From: an uncultured Gammaproteobacteria bacterium
GTDB lineage: Bacteria; Patescibacteriota; Microgenomatia; Daviesbacterales; UBA10151
Length of the DNA stretch: 64,000 nt
Direction of reading: 5' to 3'
NCBI GenBank assembly: GCA_964500725.1
Contig: CAZCNP010000001.1
Span: forward strand, 321,520 to 385,519
This document shows, piece by piece, positions 37,801 to 47,193 of this stretch. A program made the position numbers and the translations under genes. The notes under the pieces were generated by a model, which was given only the letters and a program-made list of their open reading frames with translations, was not told where the DNA came from and searched no databases. The stretch's first letter is position 1; each line of letters starts with the position of its first letter.

Positions 37801-39877
37801 GACTCAAAAACAGGTAGTCCAGGATATGAATGCTGGACATCCTGCAGTGGGCTCCCCGGTGGGATCACCAATCGGGCACTGGAAATTTGATGAAGGAGCA
37901 GATAATACTTGCTCAGGTGGAACAAATGATACCTGTAACTCTAGTTCCCAGGGATCAACTTTAGATGGAGCTTCAAGCGGTGCCACCTGGTCTCAATCCG
38001 GAAAATTCGGCCGGGCCTTATCTTTTGACGGAACTGATGACGTAGTAACAATTACTAACTCTAATCCCATAGATATGGATACCAGTTTAGCCAATTTCAC
38101 TTACTCTGCCTGGATCAATGCTACTGGCGCAGGGGAAAATAACGTGGGACAAATACTGCAAAAAGGCGCTAGCACTTATCTTAGGGTGGATAATCCATCA
38201 GGAAGTAATTTGGATGTTGAGGCAAATCTAGACTTAGCTACAACAGATGCCAATGTAAATGTTTCTGCTCCTATCACCACCAATACTTGGCATCAAATTA
38301 TAGAAACATGGGATGGAACAACTTTAACTGTCTATATAGATGGGGTGAATAAAGGCACTGGAACAGGATCTGGGGCAATATCATCAGATGCCAACAATTT
38401 ATTGATTGGAGGGACAACTACTGCTAACTTTGCCGGCACAATAGATGAATTCAAGGTTTATAATTATGCCTTAACTGCTGATGAGGTAAAGACAGAATAC
38501 AATCGTTCATCGTCAGTGGTTCTTGGTTCATTATCAGATAATTCCAGCTACCAAACCCAAGCTGCTAATCAGGAATATTGTGTCCCAGGAGACACTACCT
38601 CCTGTGCTGCCCCAGTTGGCAGATGGGATTTTGAAGAAGGAGGTTATAACGGTACTTCAGGTGAGGTTAAAGATAGATCAGGTAATGGTTATAACGGTAC
38701 TTATAATGGAACTCTAACTAATCTTTCAGCTCCTGGCAAAGCAGGTAAGGCAGGAAACTTTAATGGCAGTAATAATTATGTCCTGGCTAGCGATAATGAC
38801 ACCTTAAGCTTTACTGATAAAAAAATGACTGTCTCTGCCTGGATTAAAGGCAGCGCTTTTGGAGATAACAACGGGATTGTTGTCAAAAGGGCATCCAGCA
38901 ACTTTGAATATGGATTTTATGTATCAGCCAGCAAGCTAAGCTTCAATATTTGGACCTCTGCCGGGGCATCTGTCTGCAGCACAGCGGGAAGCGCTACTCT
39001 CTCAACCAACACCTGGTATTTTGTCACAGCGGTTGCCGACGGAACCAACTGCCTTCTTTATTTAAACGGGGCGCGGGATGGCAACGCGGGTACTGTTTCC
39101 GGAACAGTAACCAATGGAACAGCCGGAGTATATATTGGCTATGACAACAGCGGAGTTTCCAGATATTTCAATGGCCAAATAGATCAAGTCAGCATCTATA
39201 ACTATGCCAGAACTGCTGCACAAGTTGCCTGGGATTATAACAGGGGCAAGCCTGTAGGACACTGGAAATTTGATGAGTGCCAAGGCACTACTGCCTATGA
39301 TTCTTCCCCTTCGGCAGGCTCAGGGCAAGCAGGAAATAATGGAACTATTACTATTGGAGCCTCTGGAGAAGATACTGTTGGAACTTGTACTACCTCCTCT
39401 ACTGCCTGGGGCTCTGGAGTAACTGGCAAAAGAAATTATTCTCTAAGCTTGGATGGCACAGATGACAAAGTAACAATAGGTACAGCTATCAATGGGGTAC
39501 AATCTATAACATTTTGGGTCAAACCATCCACTAATACAGACTCCTTTATCGATCTTGACGGAGGGACTCATTATATTACTTCCTCCTCTGGAACAGTTTC
39601 TGCTACTGGTTTTTCCTCACCTACTATTTATGTGAATGGTATCTCAGGGGGAACAATCACTGGAGCAGCCTGGAACCATATCGTAGTTACAACAGGCACA
39701 TCCTTCAACACGACCAGCAGCATGACTTTTGGCTACAAAAGCGCAGCTACTGCAGATTATCTAAATGGTCAAATTGATGATGTCAGGGTCTATAACTATG
39801 CCCTCACCCTCACTCAAATCAAGGAAATCATGAATGATGGAGCTATCAGGTTTGGCCCAGCAACAGGAGCACCATAA
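34856..39877 (+). CDS. Large surface protein: TM anchor, DUF2341-like domain, multiple LamG-like jellyroll domains
   Basis: WAYRKAVTV...CQDLRFT...YMYYGNP; repeated GYWKFD(E)...FDG.DD.V...WxH...YxNG...GxxDDVxxYNYAL; start overlaps the upstream stop (ATGA). Confidence 0.85.
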   Translation: MKSSLTRISYYLRKSVLKSAFILSAILVAGGGIFLYGYFHSKSASAAWFDEGWAYRKAVTVTVTSSSSDITNLETLITADTSASGRFQSSCQDLRFTNTNGKLLPYYIDSGCTTSSTKIWIMLDLVPKNTTTYTLYMYYGNPTASAASDSTKFRLFNGLKGYWKMNDNVSGDAKTLTDASVNANSGTTYYGANTTGMDCTITAKYDKGCTLDGTDDYVSLGNPAALQISTDITINIWVKPTSGSYIISRRGWNILLGQPPAFETRNAGDTGWDTNATATSTLPTDSWSMVTAVYSTTDQKKYIYINGVQEGSAAKTDGSMGDTTARNIYLGQYIVGSQWYNGSEDELRIYNRALSQSEITQLYQNPGNIATYVDGISKPTTSFATEEQGPGPIGYWKFDDGQGSTAQDSTSSNYDGTITGATWQTEDKCISSKCLYLTSATDRVTAGSSNNLNITSGDATYQTWVRLTAATFLDGSTNWTLFNNESYQASGMTIRIDGGTGKLMYRSSQAAASTTFTTTSAPIASNNTWYHITAVKSGTTISFYVNGRLIQSGTITNPVTTANAFTIGSAVGGSQSVRGFMDDAKVYNFARTPAQILQDYASGLANAGTKQGSSAVLGASTEKWLSDGLVGYWKMDESSGNAADSSGNATTLTNNNITTFAAGKFGNGSSYNGTSQYFSTASTISGVQSIAFWVYPTSTTDNYINLNGSTYITSSSGTVSGTGITSPSIYVNGTLNGTITASAWNHVVITTATSVSASVFEIGRANSSYLSNTSKMDEIRVYNRALSSAEISSLYNWAPGPSGYWNFEERTGTSTYDTSGGGNTGTITNSTWNTGKFGAGLSFDGNGDFVNIPQTTTLDTPTGTISMWANFNDLTDNGYLWSQNVDEWNIYNNGTQLKTYYDSTLVHSYTPTFTNNQWVHLSFTFTKGGTCYFYVNGVQVASNTCSSTAPTLSNIHIGAMSSNNTYSFNGKLDDVKVYNYQRTQKQVVQDMNAGHPAVGSPVGSPIGHWKFDEGADNTCSGGTNDTCNSSSQGSTLDGASSGATWSQSGKFGRALSFDGTDDVVTITNSNPIDMDTSLANFTYSAWINATGAGENNVGQILQKGASTYLRVDNPSGSNLDVEANLDLATTDANVNVSAPITTNTWHQIIETWDGTTLTVYIDGVNKGTGTGSGAISSDANNLLIGGTTTANFAGTIDEFKVYNYALTADEVKTEYNRSSSVVLGSLSDNSSYQTQAANQEYCVPGDTTSCAAPVGRWDFEEGGYNGTSGEVKDRSGNGYNGTYNGTLTNLSAPGKAGKAGNFNGSNNYVLASDNDTLSFTDKKMTVSAWIKGSAFGDNNGIVVKRASSNFEYGFYVSASKLSFNIWTSAGASVCSTAGSATLSTNTWYFVTAVADGTNCLLYLNGARDGNAGTVSGTVTNGTAGVYIGYDNSGVSRYFNGQIDQVSIYNYARTAAQVAWDYNRGKPVGHWKFDECQGTTAYDSSPSAGSGQAGNNGTITIGASGEDTVGTCTTSSTAWGSGVTGKRNYSLSLDGTDDKVTIGTAINGVQSITFWVKPSTNTDSFIDLDGGTHYITSSSGTVSATGFSSPTIYVNGISGGTITGAAWNHIVVTTGTSFNTTSSMTFGYKSAATADYLNGQIDDVRVYNYALTLTQIKEIMNDGAIRFGPATGAP

Positions 39878-39953
39878 TATGGTTCCTCCTTGGATGATGG
39901 CAGGCTGAGTTTACGAAGCCATGAATCCATCTATTCTATGGTATAATACCATC

Positions 39954-40211
39954 ATGAAACAGTTTACTTTTAGAACTATTATTCAAAAAGATGGTAAGGG
40001 CTACCATGGTTTTGTACCATCTCTTCCAGGATGTCATACTTATGGCAATACCATAAATGAAGTGAGAAAAAATATCAAAGAAGCGGTGGCGGGTTGGATT
40101 GAAGCCACTTCTGAACAAGGATGGAATATTCCTTCAGACGAAGGAATAGAGACTATAGAATCCATCCAAATAACGCTTCCCAATCCCAAAGCTTCCTTTG
40201 TCTATGCCTAA
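39954..40211 (+). CDS. hicB: HicB-family antitoxin
   Basis: VPSLPGCHTYGNTINEVRKNIKEAV; TATAAT a few nt upstream of ATG 39954 (probably leaderless). Confidence 0.85.
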   Translation: MKQFTFRTIIQKDGKGYHGFVPSLPGCHTYGNTINEVRKNIKEAVAGWIEATSEQGWNIPSDEGIETIESIQITLPNPKASFVYA

Positions 40212-40431
40212 AATTCCAATTATCAATGGAACAAAGCTCGTTAAGATTTTAAAAAAGAAAGGTTTTGTTTTAAATAGAATTCGAGGCAGTCACCATATCC
40301 TCATTCACCAAGAAAAACAGATTACTGTTTCAATCCCAGTCCATAAAAGCACAACCTTAGGCAGAGGTATTACTCTGGCTATCATAAAGGATGCGGGGAT
40401 CACTACAGAAGAATTCCTGAAATTACTTTAA
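40204..40431 (+). CDS. hicA: HicA-family mRNase toxin
   Basis: GFVLNRIRGSHHIL...SIPVH...LGRG...IIKDAGI. Confidence 0.9.
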   Translation: MPKIPIINGTKLVKILKKKGFVLNRIRGSHHILIHQEKQITVSIPVHKSTTLGRGITLAIIKDAGITTEEFLKLL

Positions 40432-40543
40432 TGGCCAAATTGATTATGTCAGAATATATAACTATGCCCTAACAGCTGCCCAGGTTAAAGGGATCATGAA
40501 CGAAGGAGCTGTCAGGTTTGGCCCTTCCACCGGTTCGCCATAA
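40424..40543 (+). pseudogene. Orphan copy of the LamG-protein 3' end (40 codons including stop)
   Basis: Translates YFNGQIDYVRIYNYALTAAQVKGIMNEGAVRFGPSTGSP*, colinear with 39758-39877 YLNGQIDDVRVYNYALTLTQIKEIMNDGAIRFGPATGAP*. Confidence 0.85.
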
Positions 40544-40572
40544 CTCCTTTGAAAAAGTGTTAAGATGAAAAT

Positions 40573-40834
40573 ATGAATGTAATTTTCTTTAACCCTAAAA
40601 TAAAAGATAACTTGTACTCTTTGGACAAGACTCCGCTCGACAAATGCCTTCGATTAATCGATCTTCTCAAGATGTTTGGGAATAAGCTAAACATGCCATA
40701 TTCAAAGAAAATCTCACACAATCTATACGAGTTGCGCATCCGTGGACAACAAGAAGTCCGCATAATCCCAAAAAACTCCTCAAAAAGAAATTGAAACTGC
40801 ATTAGCCAAAATCTCCATCTTGACAACCACATAA
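40573..40834 (+). pseudogene. RelE/HigB (Gp49-like) toxin with internal deletion and frameshift
   Basis: MPYSKKISHNLYELRIRGQQEVRII in one frame and SQKTPQKEIETALAKI in another; the usual intervening LLH-x-F-x-KK strand is missing. Confidence 0.75.
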
Positions 40835-40855
40835 CGTATATGTTATATATAGTAT

Positions 40856-41140
40856 ATGAATAAATTTCAACCTATCCCATTTGAAGATGTTTTAGCAGAA
40901 GCCCTAAAAGACCCTGAGGTAAAAAAGGGGTATGATGCTCTTGAGCTGGAGTTTAGCATTATTGAACAGGTTATCAAAAAAAGGCTGGAAAAAGGCTTAA
41001 GTCAAAAACAGCTGGCTGAAAAAATTGGCACAAAACAGTCAGCCATCTCAAGACTGGAAAGCGGCAATGCCAACCCCTCGGTAGCTTTTCTGGATAAAAT
41101 ATCAAAGGCTCTGGGCAGCAAACTTCAAATCTCAATCTAG
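40856..41140 (+). CDS. HigA-like XRE HTH antitoxin
   Basis: LKDPEVKKGYDALELEF...GLSQKQLAEKIGTKQSAISRLESG; TTGACA at 40820 and ATAAC-N6-GTTAT palindrome upstream. Confidence 0.85.
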   Translation: MNKFQPIPFEDVLAEALKDPEVKKGYDALELEFSIIEQVIKKRLEKGLSQKQLAEKIGTKQSAISRLESGNANPSVAFLDKISKALGSKLQISI

Positions 41141-41155
41141 CAATTAAGTTAAAGT

Positions 41156-41932
41156 ATGAAAAAAATCTTAATTATTTTTCTTTTATCCAGTCTAGGTTTT
41201 TTTGTGCTAACAACTTCTGCTTATGCTCAAGCCATCTCTTCTGGTGCAACTTATACCTATAAAATAGATGATACTAAAGCAGTTGATGGAGATATTTTAA
41301 CCATGTCTGATAAGGGCTTAGTTAGGGCTAATACTCCTTATACTGGCAGTATTTTTGGTGTGGTGCAAAACGATGCAGTGATAATAATTGAGCTGCTTGA
41401 CGAAGGCGGCCAACCAGTAGCTAGGTCTGGTATTGCCAAAGTTAATGTCACAAATGCCAATGGCCCAATTAAAAAGGGCGGTCTTATCGCTGTCTCTACT
41501 ACCCCAGGAAAAGGCCAACGGGCTGATAAAGCTGGGTATGTGCTGGGAACTGCTCTGGCTGATATGAATGAGGCTACTGGGCAAATCCCTGTAGCTTTGG
41601 AAATCAAATCCTATGATCTTTCCACTACCCTTAACTCAGCTACAGCCAATAGATTCTTAAAATCACTTGACGGTATTTTGCTCGCCAGCACAGAGGACCC
41701 AGAAAAACTTTCCCAACTTGTCAGGTATGTTGCAGCAGCAATTATTGTGCTGGGAGCTTTTGCCATTAGCTTTTTTACCTTTTCCAAATCTATGGCCAAC
41801 TCTGTTGAGGCAATTGGACGAAACCCCTTAGCCAAAAATTTTATCTTTTCTTCCCTGGTAATCAATATTGTTATTACTGTGGTTGTTTTGGGGGTTGCCC
41901 TGGCTGCTGCTTTTATTTTAATTAAGTTTTAA
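41156..41932 (+). CDS. Exported protein with C-terminal helical hairpin resembling ATP synthase subunit c (AIGRNPLA)
   Basis: Signal peptide; beta domain GPIKKGG...PGKG...GTAL; two TM helices joined by VEAIGRNPLAK. Confidence 0.55.
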   Translation: MKKILIIFLLSSLGFFVLTTSAYAQAISSGATYTYKIDDTKAVDGDILTMSDKGLVRANTPYTGSIFGVVQNDAVIIIELLDEGGQPVARSGIAKVNVTNANGPIKKGGLIAVSTTPGKGQRADKAGYVLGTALADMNEATGQIPVALEIKSYDLSTTLNSATANRFLKSLDGILLASTEDPEKLSQLVRYVAAAIIVLGAFAISFFTFSKSMANSVEAIGRNPLAKNFIFSSLVINIVITVVVLGVALAAAFILIKF

Positions 41933-41933
41933 A

Positions 41934-42950
41934 CTAACGTTTTGAAAGACTTCTTTTGTATAGATCTAAGTTCTCCAAAGCTAAACCAGTCCCTAACACC
42001 ACACAAAGCAAGGGGTTTTCTGCCAAAGCAACTGGCACTCCTAAAGCATCTGTTAAGGACCTGTCTAGATTTCTCAAAAGTGATGTTCCCCCGCTCATAA
42101 CAATCCCTTTATCAATGATGTCTGAGGCAAGCTCCGGGGGAACTTGTTCCAAAACTCCTTTTGCTGCAGAAATAATCTTTTTGACAATCTCAGAGATAGC
42201 CTCAGTTACCTCATCTGAGTTAACCTCAACACTTTTAGGAAGACCAGAAAAAGCATCTCTGCCTCTGACTTCCATTTTTTGCACTTCATTGGGTTTTAGG
42301 TGAGTGGCAGAACCTATTTTTATTTTGACCTCCTCAGCCATTCTTTCCCCAATGATTAAATTGTGTTTTTTGCGGACATAATTTTGGATCGCCTCATCAA
42401 TTTTGTTGCCACCAATTCTTACAGATGAGTGCACTACTACCCCACCAAGACAAACCACTGCAGCCTCAGTTGTGCCTCCGCCAATATCTACAATCATATT
42501 GCCTGAAGGATTGGCAATGGGGATTTTAGCCCCGATTGCTGCAGCCAAAGGCTCGTCGATTAAAAAAGCAGTTTTTGCCCCAGCAGATAAAGTAGCATCT
42601 AAGATAGCTCTTTTTTCCACAGATGTTACCCCAGCTGGAGCACAAACCATCACCTCTGGCTTAAAAAGCCTGCTTGATCCACAAACCTTATCTAAAAAAT
42701 ATCTAATCATTGCTTCAGTAATTACATAATCTGCAATTACCCCATCCCTCATAGGGCGGGAGGCGGTGATATTTCCAGGAGTTCTGCCTAACATTTCTTT
42801 GGCTTCATTACCTACAGCCAAAACACGGTGGTCATCTGTGGTAATGGCTACCACTGTAGGCTCATTTAAAACAATACCTGTACCTGCCAAATAGACTAAA
42901 GAATTGGCAGTGCCAAGGTCTATTCCTACCCTTTTGGAAAAATTAAACAT
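41934..42950 (-). CDS. mreB: Rod shape-determining protein MreB
   Basis: GIDLGTAN, NEPTVVA, PMRDGVIAD, DEPLAAAIGA, VDIGGGTTE. Confidence 0.95.
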   Translation of the reverse strand: MFNFSKRVGIDLGTANSLVYLAGTGIVLNEPTVVAITTDDHRVLAVGNEAKEMLGRTPGNITASRPMRDGVIADYVITEAMIRYFLDKVCGSSRLFKPEVMVCAPAGVTSVEKRAILDATLSAGAKTAFLIDEPLAAAIGAKIPIANPSGNMIVDIGGGTTEAAVVCLGGVVVHSSVRIGGNKIDEAIQNYVRKKHNLIIGERMAEEVKIKIGSATHLKPNEVQKMEVRGRDAFSGLPKSVEVNSDEVTEAISEIVKKIISAAKGVLEQVPPELASDIIDKGIVMSGGTSLLRNLDRSLTDALGVPVALAENPLLCVVLGTGLALENLDLYKRSLSKR

Positions 42951-43019
42951 AACTGGGGATCATTTTACCAACCCAAAAACCTAGTCACAAGATATACTAA
43001 ATAGGTCAAAGGCAATCAG

Positions 43020-44171
43020 CTATTTGAGGTTTATACCATAAAGATTTGGCTCTGAAGCAGTTGGGGTGGGAAAAGAGCTAATAATAACCAGTCTTGAGGA
43101 ATCAAGCCAGGGAAATACAAAATCATCCTTAAAACTGCCAGCATATATCACAGCTTTATTTGTGCCGTCAAAATCTATCACAGAGATGGTGCCCTTCTCC
43201 ACCATAATAATATGGGTGGAGTTTGGCAGCCACATATAACCTTCTGCTTGTGGCAGGATATATTCCTTTTTCTCCTCTAAATCATATACTTTTACAGTCT
43301 CTTTGGTTTTTAATATACCGTCATTTTCAGGATTTGTTATGTTTTCTGTTGGCTTAATGTCTGATTTGGCCACAGCCATAAATTTAGTCTCATCAGGAGA
43401 CCAGCGAATCTCAGCTGCAGACGAGGCAATCTTTCTTAAATTGATATCTTTGACCGCTAAAACTCTGGAGGCTTCTTTATTTTGGCTATCTTCCTCCCAG
43501 GTTGTCAAAGTTGACTCAAGAACTGGGGTAATATCACGGGGATCAGAATTTAACCTATCAGATTCTAACAAATAATTATTATTGCCAACAGTGGCCAAAA
43601 CTTGTTTAGAGTCGGCAGACCATCTGAGGGTAGCTTGAGATAAATCCAGCAGGGTATTTTGGGTAATTTGGTGAGGTTCGGCTGACCTGGCAAAAGAAAT
43701 TGGTTGATTACGGGTCTGAGTCCAAACCCAAATTCCCCCTTTTTTAGCAAGTCCAGGCACAATATAAGCTAACTTGCCTCCATCTGGGCTTAGTATTGGA
43801 TTTTCTACTCCAGTAAAGGTCAAAGGATAAATTGTAGGAATGGCGGGAAAAAGAGTTACTTTAACTGGGGTAACTAAACCTTCTTTAACTTCTATTTGTT
43901 TTTCCCAAGGAATAAAACCTTCTTTAACAACCCTTACTGAATAACTTTTAGGAGGCAATGATGGAACTGTTGCATCTGTGGCTGTTGTTAGGTGCCCATC
44001 TATATAAACCGAGGCAGCATCAGGAACTGAGGAAACAGTAATAATCCCAGTTCCTACAATTCTTTTTTCTTTAGGAGAAAAAGTATAGCCTTTGGCTAAA
44101 AAGATAGCAATAGCTGCAGTTGCAGCAATTGCTAGCAAAGTAATAATAGTGATAATAAACCGTTTCGACAT
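43020..44171 (-). CDS. PEGA-domain membrane-anchored protein with beta-propeller-like C-terminus
   Basis: SVPDAASVYIDG...YSVRVVKEGFIPWEK; SPDG, WSAD and WSPD repeats. Confidence 0.75.
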   Translation of the reverse strand: MSKRFIITIITLLAIAATAAIAIFLAKGYTFSPKEKRIVGTGIITVSSVPDAASVYIDGHLTTATDATVPSLPPKSYSVRVVKEGFIPWEKQIEVKEGLVTPVKVTLFPAIPTIYPLTFTGVENPILSPDGGKLAYIVPGLAKKGGIWVWTQTRNQPISFARSAEPHQITQNTLLDLSQATLRWSADSKQVLATVGNNNYLLESDRLNSDPRDITPVLESTLTTWEEDSQNKEASRVLAVKDINLRKIASSAAEIRWSPDETKFMAVAKSDIKPTENITNPENDGILKTKETVKVYDLEEKKEYILPQAEGYMWLPNSTHIIMVEKGTISVIDFDGTNKAVIYAGSFKDDFVFPWLDSSRLVIISSFPTPTASEPNLYGINLK

Positions 44172-44196
44172 TTATTTAGTAAGTATAGAATATATA

Positions 44197-44886
44197 CTAG
44201 CTATTTACCAGCTTTGCTCTCACAACCAACCTGTTTAATAATGTTCCTGGAGGGTCACAGGTTTGCAAAGTTAGAACTGGTTCTTCATACTTGTTAGTCA
44301 AATAGGAAACATCATTTGGATTTACTATCTGTTTATCAAAGACAATATAGTCATACCTTTTATTTTTATAAAAGATAATCACTCTGTCGCCTGGCTCCAG
44401 TTCTCTTAGCAGATAAAATATGGCATTATATCTGACAATATTCCAAGGAGCATCTGTGGAATGAGAAAAAAGGTATAAATTGCCTGGCTGCCCTGGAGGG
44501 GTTGAACCCAAAGCCTCAGCCACCCCTTGTTGGAGGGCAATTTGATATTCTCTTTCGCTGGCAGGGTTAACACCAGCTATTACTTTGGCGTTGGCATTGA
44601 TTTTTTCAATCACTATCCCATACTCTGTTGAAACAGGGATAATGTTGTTTTCTGAAGCAGATACATTACCAAAATCCACTGGCCCCCCACTTGCAGTAGC
44701 TTGCCCTTCTTCAGGAATAACAATATTAGGCACGATTCTTTGGACCCCCAACAATCTATCTTTTCTATAACCAATTTCTGCCTGAACAACTGGCCCCAAC
44801 ATAAAAATAAAGGTAATTAAGCCTGTTAAGAATACTAAATATCCAATAAATCTAACAAAAAGTATTTTTTTAAAACGTTTGGTCAT
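44197..44886 (-). CDS. Sortase
   Basis: N-terminal TM helix; LFSHS, LTLQTCDPPG, RLVV (His-Cys-Arg triad). Confidence 0.85.
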   Translation of the reverse strand: MTKRFKKILFVRFIGYLVFLTGLITFIFMLGPVVQAEIGYRKDRLLGVQRIVPNIVIPEEGQATASGGPVDFGNVSASENNIIPVSTEYGIVIEKINANAKVIAGVNPASEREYQIALQQGVAEALGSTPPGQPGNLYLFSHSTDAPWNIVRYNAIFYLLRELEPGDRVIIFYKNKRYDYIVFDKQIVNPNDVSYLTNKYEEPVLTLQTCDPPGTLLNRLVVRAKLVNS

Positions 44887-44893
44887 GCTTAAG

Positions 44894-44966
44894 TATCCCT
44901 GGAGGGAATTGCACCCCCGACCAACCCCTTAGGACGGGGCTGCTCTATCTACTGAGCTACAGGGAC
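44894..44966 (-). tRNA. tRNA-Arg(CCU)
   Basis: GTCCCTG/CAGGGAT acceptor; GCTC/GAGC D-stem; GCCCC-GTCCTAA-GGGGT anticodon arm; GGGGG-TGCAATT-CCCTC T-arm; CCA not encoded. Confidence 0.85.
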
Positions 44967-45011
44967 AATCATATGTATAATTTTATCACTAAAGAAGATA
45001 TAATTCGATCA

Positions 45012-45084
45012 CGGGACGTAGTTCATCGGCAGAACGCTACTTTCGGGAAGTAGAAGCAAGTGAGTTCAATTCTCCTCGTCCCGA
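45012..45084 (+). tRNA. tRNA-Pro(CGG)
   Basis: CGGGACG/CGTCCCG acceptor; GTTC/GAAC D-stem; CTACT-TTCGGGA-AGTAG anticodon arm; TTCAATT T-loop with imperfect stem. Confidence 0.85.
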
Positions 45085-45147
45085 CTATAGGTCTATATTA
45101 GCTTCAAAATAACTCTTGACATTTGGGTAATTTTCGGGTAATACTAA

Positions 45148-45823
45148 ATGCCAGTCCTCTGTAAAGAATAGACAAGTCGAATTAATATGCGAAAACTTTC
45201 CTTGTCAAAATAAGTTTAAAAGAAGACTTAGTCAACGATCGTTCCGTAATTTTTGCTCCCAATCCTGTGCTGCAACTCTCAACAATAAATGTAGACAAAT
45301 TAATAAATACAGGATCAATAAACCTCCCTCTAAAACACTTCATACACAGAAACCTAATATTCCTCTTAAATATTGTCAGTATTGCGGAAATAGATGTTCA
45401 TTAAATCGCAATTATTGCTCGATGAAATGCTGGGGAAAAGCTCATGAACTTTCACAAGAAATATTGCTTAAACAAATTAGGTTGTTGTCATTAAAATTAG
45501 GCAGATCGCCCACTAGGCGGGAGTGCAAATATCATACAACTTGCCAAAGACATTTTGGATCATGGAATAACGCTTTAATAGCAGCTGGCTTAACTCCACA
45601 TCGTTCCCTAAATCAACGTATGTATAAAAGACGTATCTGCATTGCTAGAGATGGCCATATTTGTAATTCAGTCTCGGAATTAATAATTGATAACTGGCTC
45701 CATAAACACAACATCACTCATCAAAAAGAAGCACCCTACCCTAAGGGAAAATTTGTTGCTGATTGGGCTATTGCTACAAATACTCTAGTTGAATATTTTA
45801 GTAAGGAATTGAGAATAACTTAA
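45148..45823 (+). pseudogene. Degenerate zinc-finger + homing-endonuclease-associated repeat + Vsr/PD-(D/E)XK-like nuclease gene
   Basis: The frame of ORF 45422 stays open back to 45131 (CENFPC...FCSQSC...CQYC...YCSMKC) but the promoter-proximal ATG 45148 is out of frame; FGSWNNALIAAGL repeat; ends abruptly after VEYF. Confidence 0.6.
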
Positions 45824-47086
45824 AATAGCCTTCTTATTTAATTCCATCTCCTTCTTAATAGCTTCTAACTGGTCATCAGCTTCCTTTAGTTTCTTATCTA
45901 AACCCTTTAGATCAGCACTAAACACTCCTTTTATGTAGCTATCAGTCTCACTTCTTAATAAATCCTTTGTCTTCTCAATCTTGTTGTCTAAATTCCGCCT
46001 TATTTGTTGTAAGGACCTTCTTCTGCTCTCAAGCTCTAACTCCTTATCTCTAATTACATTCCTCATTTCATCCACATAGTGGCTGTAAACTGCTTTAGAG
46101 GTGAACTTATTATCCTTTAGGAACTCACAAACAAAATCAACTATTACATGGGCTCTAATTGACTTGCCATATAATTTACAGTCAGGATTATCACATCTGT
46201 AGTAAAAGTAATTAGTCAAACCTTTTTTATTTTGCTTCGGGGTTATACCTGCTATCATGTTCTCTTCACAATCCCCACAAATCACTGCTCCCCTCAGTAA
46301 ATCAGCCTGTATAGTGCCTTCTGCATTGGCTCTGAGCCGATTCTTGAATGCTCTTTCCATATTGGAGAATTTATTTATCTTTAAGAATTCGTCTACTGTG
46401 ACCATTGGCACAAAGTCGTAAATCTCAGTTAAGTCAACAAATTGCTCACCGTATTTGAGTACTCCTGTATAAAATGGATCCTTAAACATCTCCGAAATTC
46501 TACTTCTGCCCCATTTGTAGACTTCATGCTTATCTCCTGTTGAATCCACTGCTCTGGTGAAACCATTGTCATTGAGGTACTTCATAACTACTTCTTGGGT
46601 TATTCCATCTAACCTCATCTTCCAACCCGTTTTTAGAAGAGTAAAATTATCACCGTCTGGTCTTAGGAACTTATTAATATCTTTGTAATAGCCATATTTT
46701 GTTCTGCTTAGGTATTTTCCTTCTTCAATACTCCTTCTAATACCTCGTTTAACATTGTCACTTAATTGGTCTGAGTATTGTTTACTTAAAACGAAGGCTA
46801 TTCCTAAAAGCATTTTCCCAGCTGTATTATTTTGAAAGGTGAAACTAACAAAATGCAGATCCTTTATTATTTGTTTATCTAATAAATCAATAACTTCACC
46901 ATTTGAGCCTACCACCTGATTATCTGCCAAATTTTGTGCAGGTTGTTGATCCTGCTGGGATTGTTGACTATTGTTGGTATCTGTTGACTGGCTATTGTCT
47001 GACTGTTGAGGTTGAGAGTTATCACCTTGAGAAGCTAAACTTGAGGCTAAATCTGTTAAATTATCTTTCTGAATTTTGTCATCCAT
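45785..47086 (-). pseudogene. Large serine recombinase lacking the N-terminal catalytic motifs
   Basis: GKMLLGIAF..SKQYSDQLSDNVKRG, YGY, DPFYTG, LLRGAVICGDC...YYRC zinc ribbon, coiled coil; no YxRxS or DRLSR, with Q/N/S-rich sequence in their place. Confidence 0.7.
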
Positions 47087-47113
47087 ACGCTTACCATTAT
47101 ATCACCCAAAAAT

Positions 47114-47193
47114 TTGCATAAAAAGTGGGGTTGTGTTAGTATATCTACATAACACTGAGGGAAGATTCTAATTTAGGGTCTCCCTCTTTTTTT
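47114..47193 (+). ncRNA. Putative short hairpin RNA convergent on the NYN gene
   Basis: TTGCAT, 17 bp, TAGTAT (with extended -10 TG); GAGGGA-A-GAUUCUA-AUU-UAGGGUC-UCCCUC followed by U7. Confidence 0.45.

Noticed and set aside
39758-40543. Possible DGR template/variable repeat pair
   Set aside because: Mismatches are not adenine-specific (many C/T third-position changes) and no reverse transcriptase is visible in the window
44894-44966. Non-canonical TGCAATT T-loop in tRNA-Arg as a sign of a pseudogene
   Set aside because: All stems pair well; such T-loop variants are tolerated
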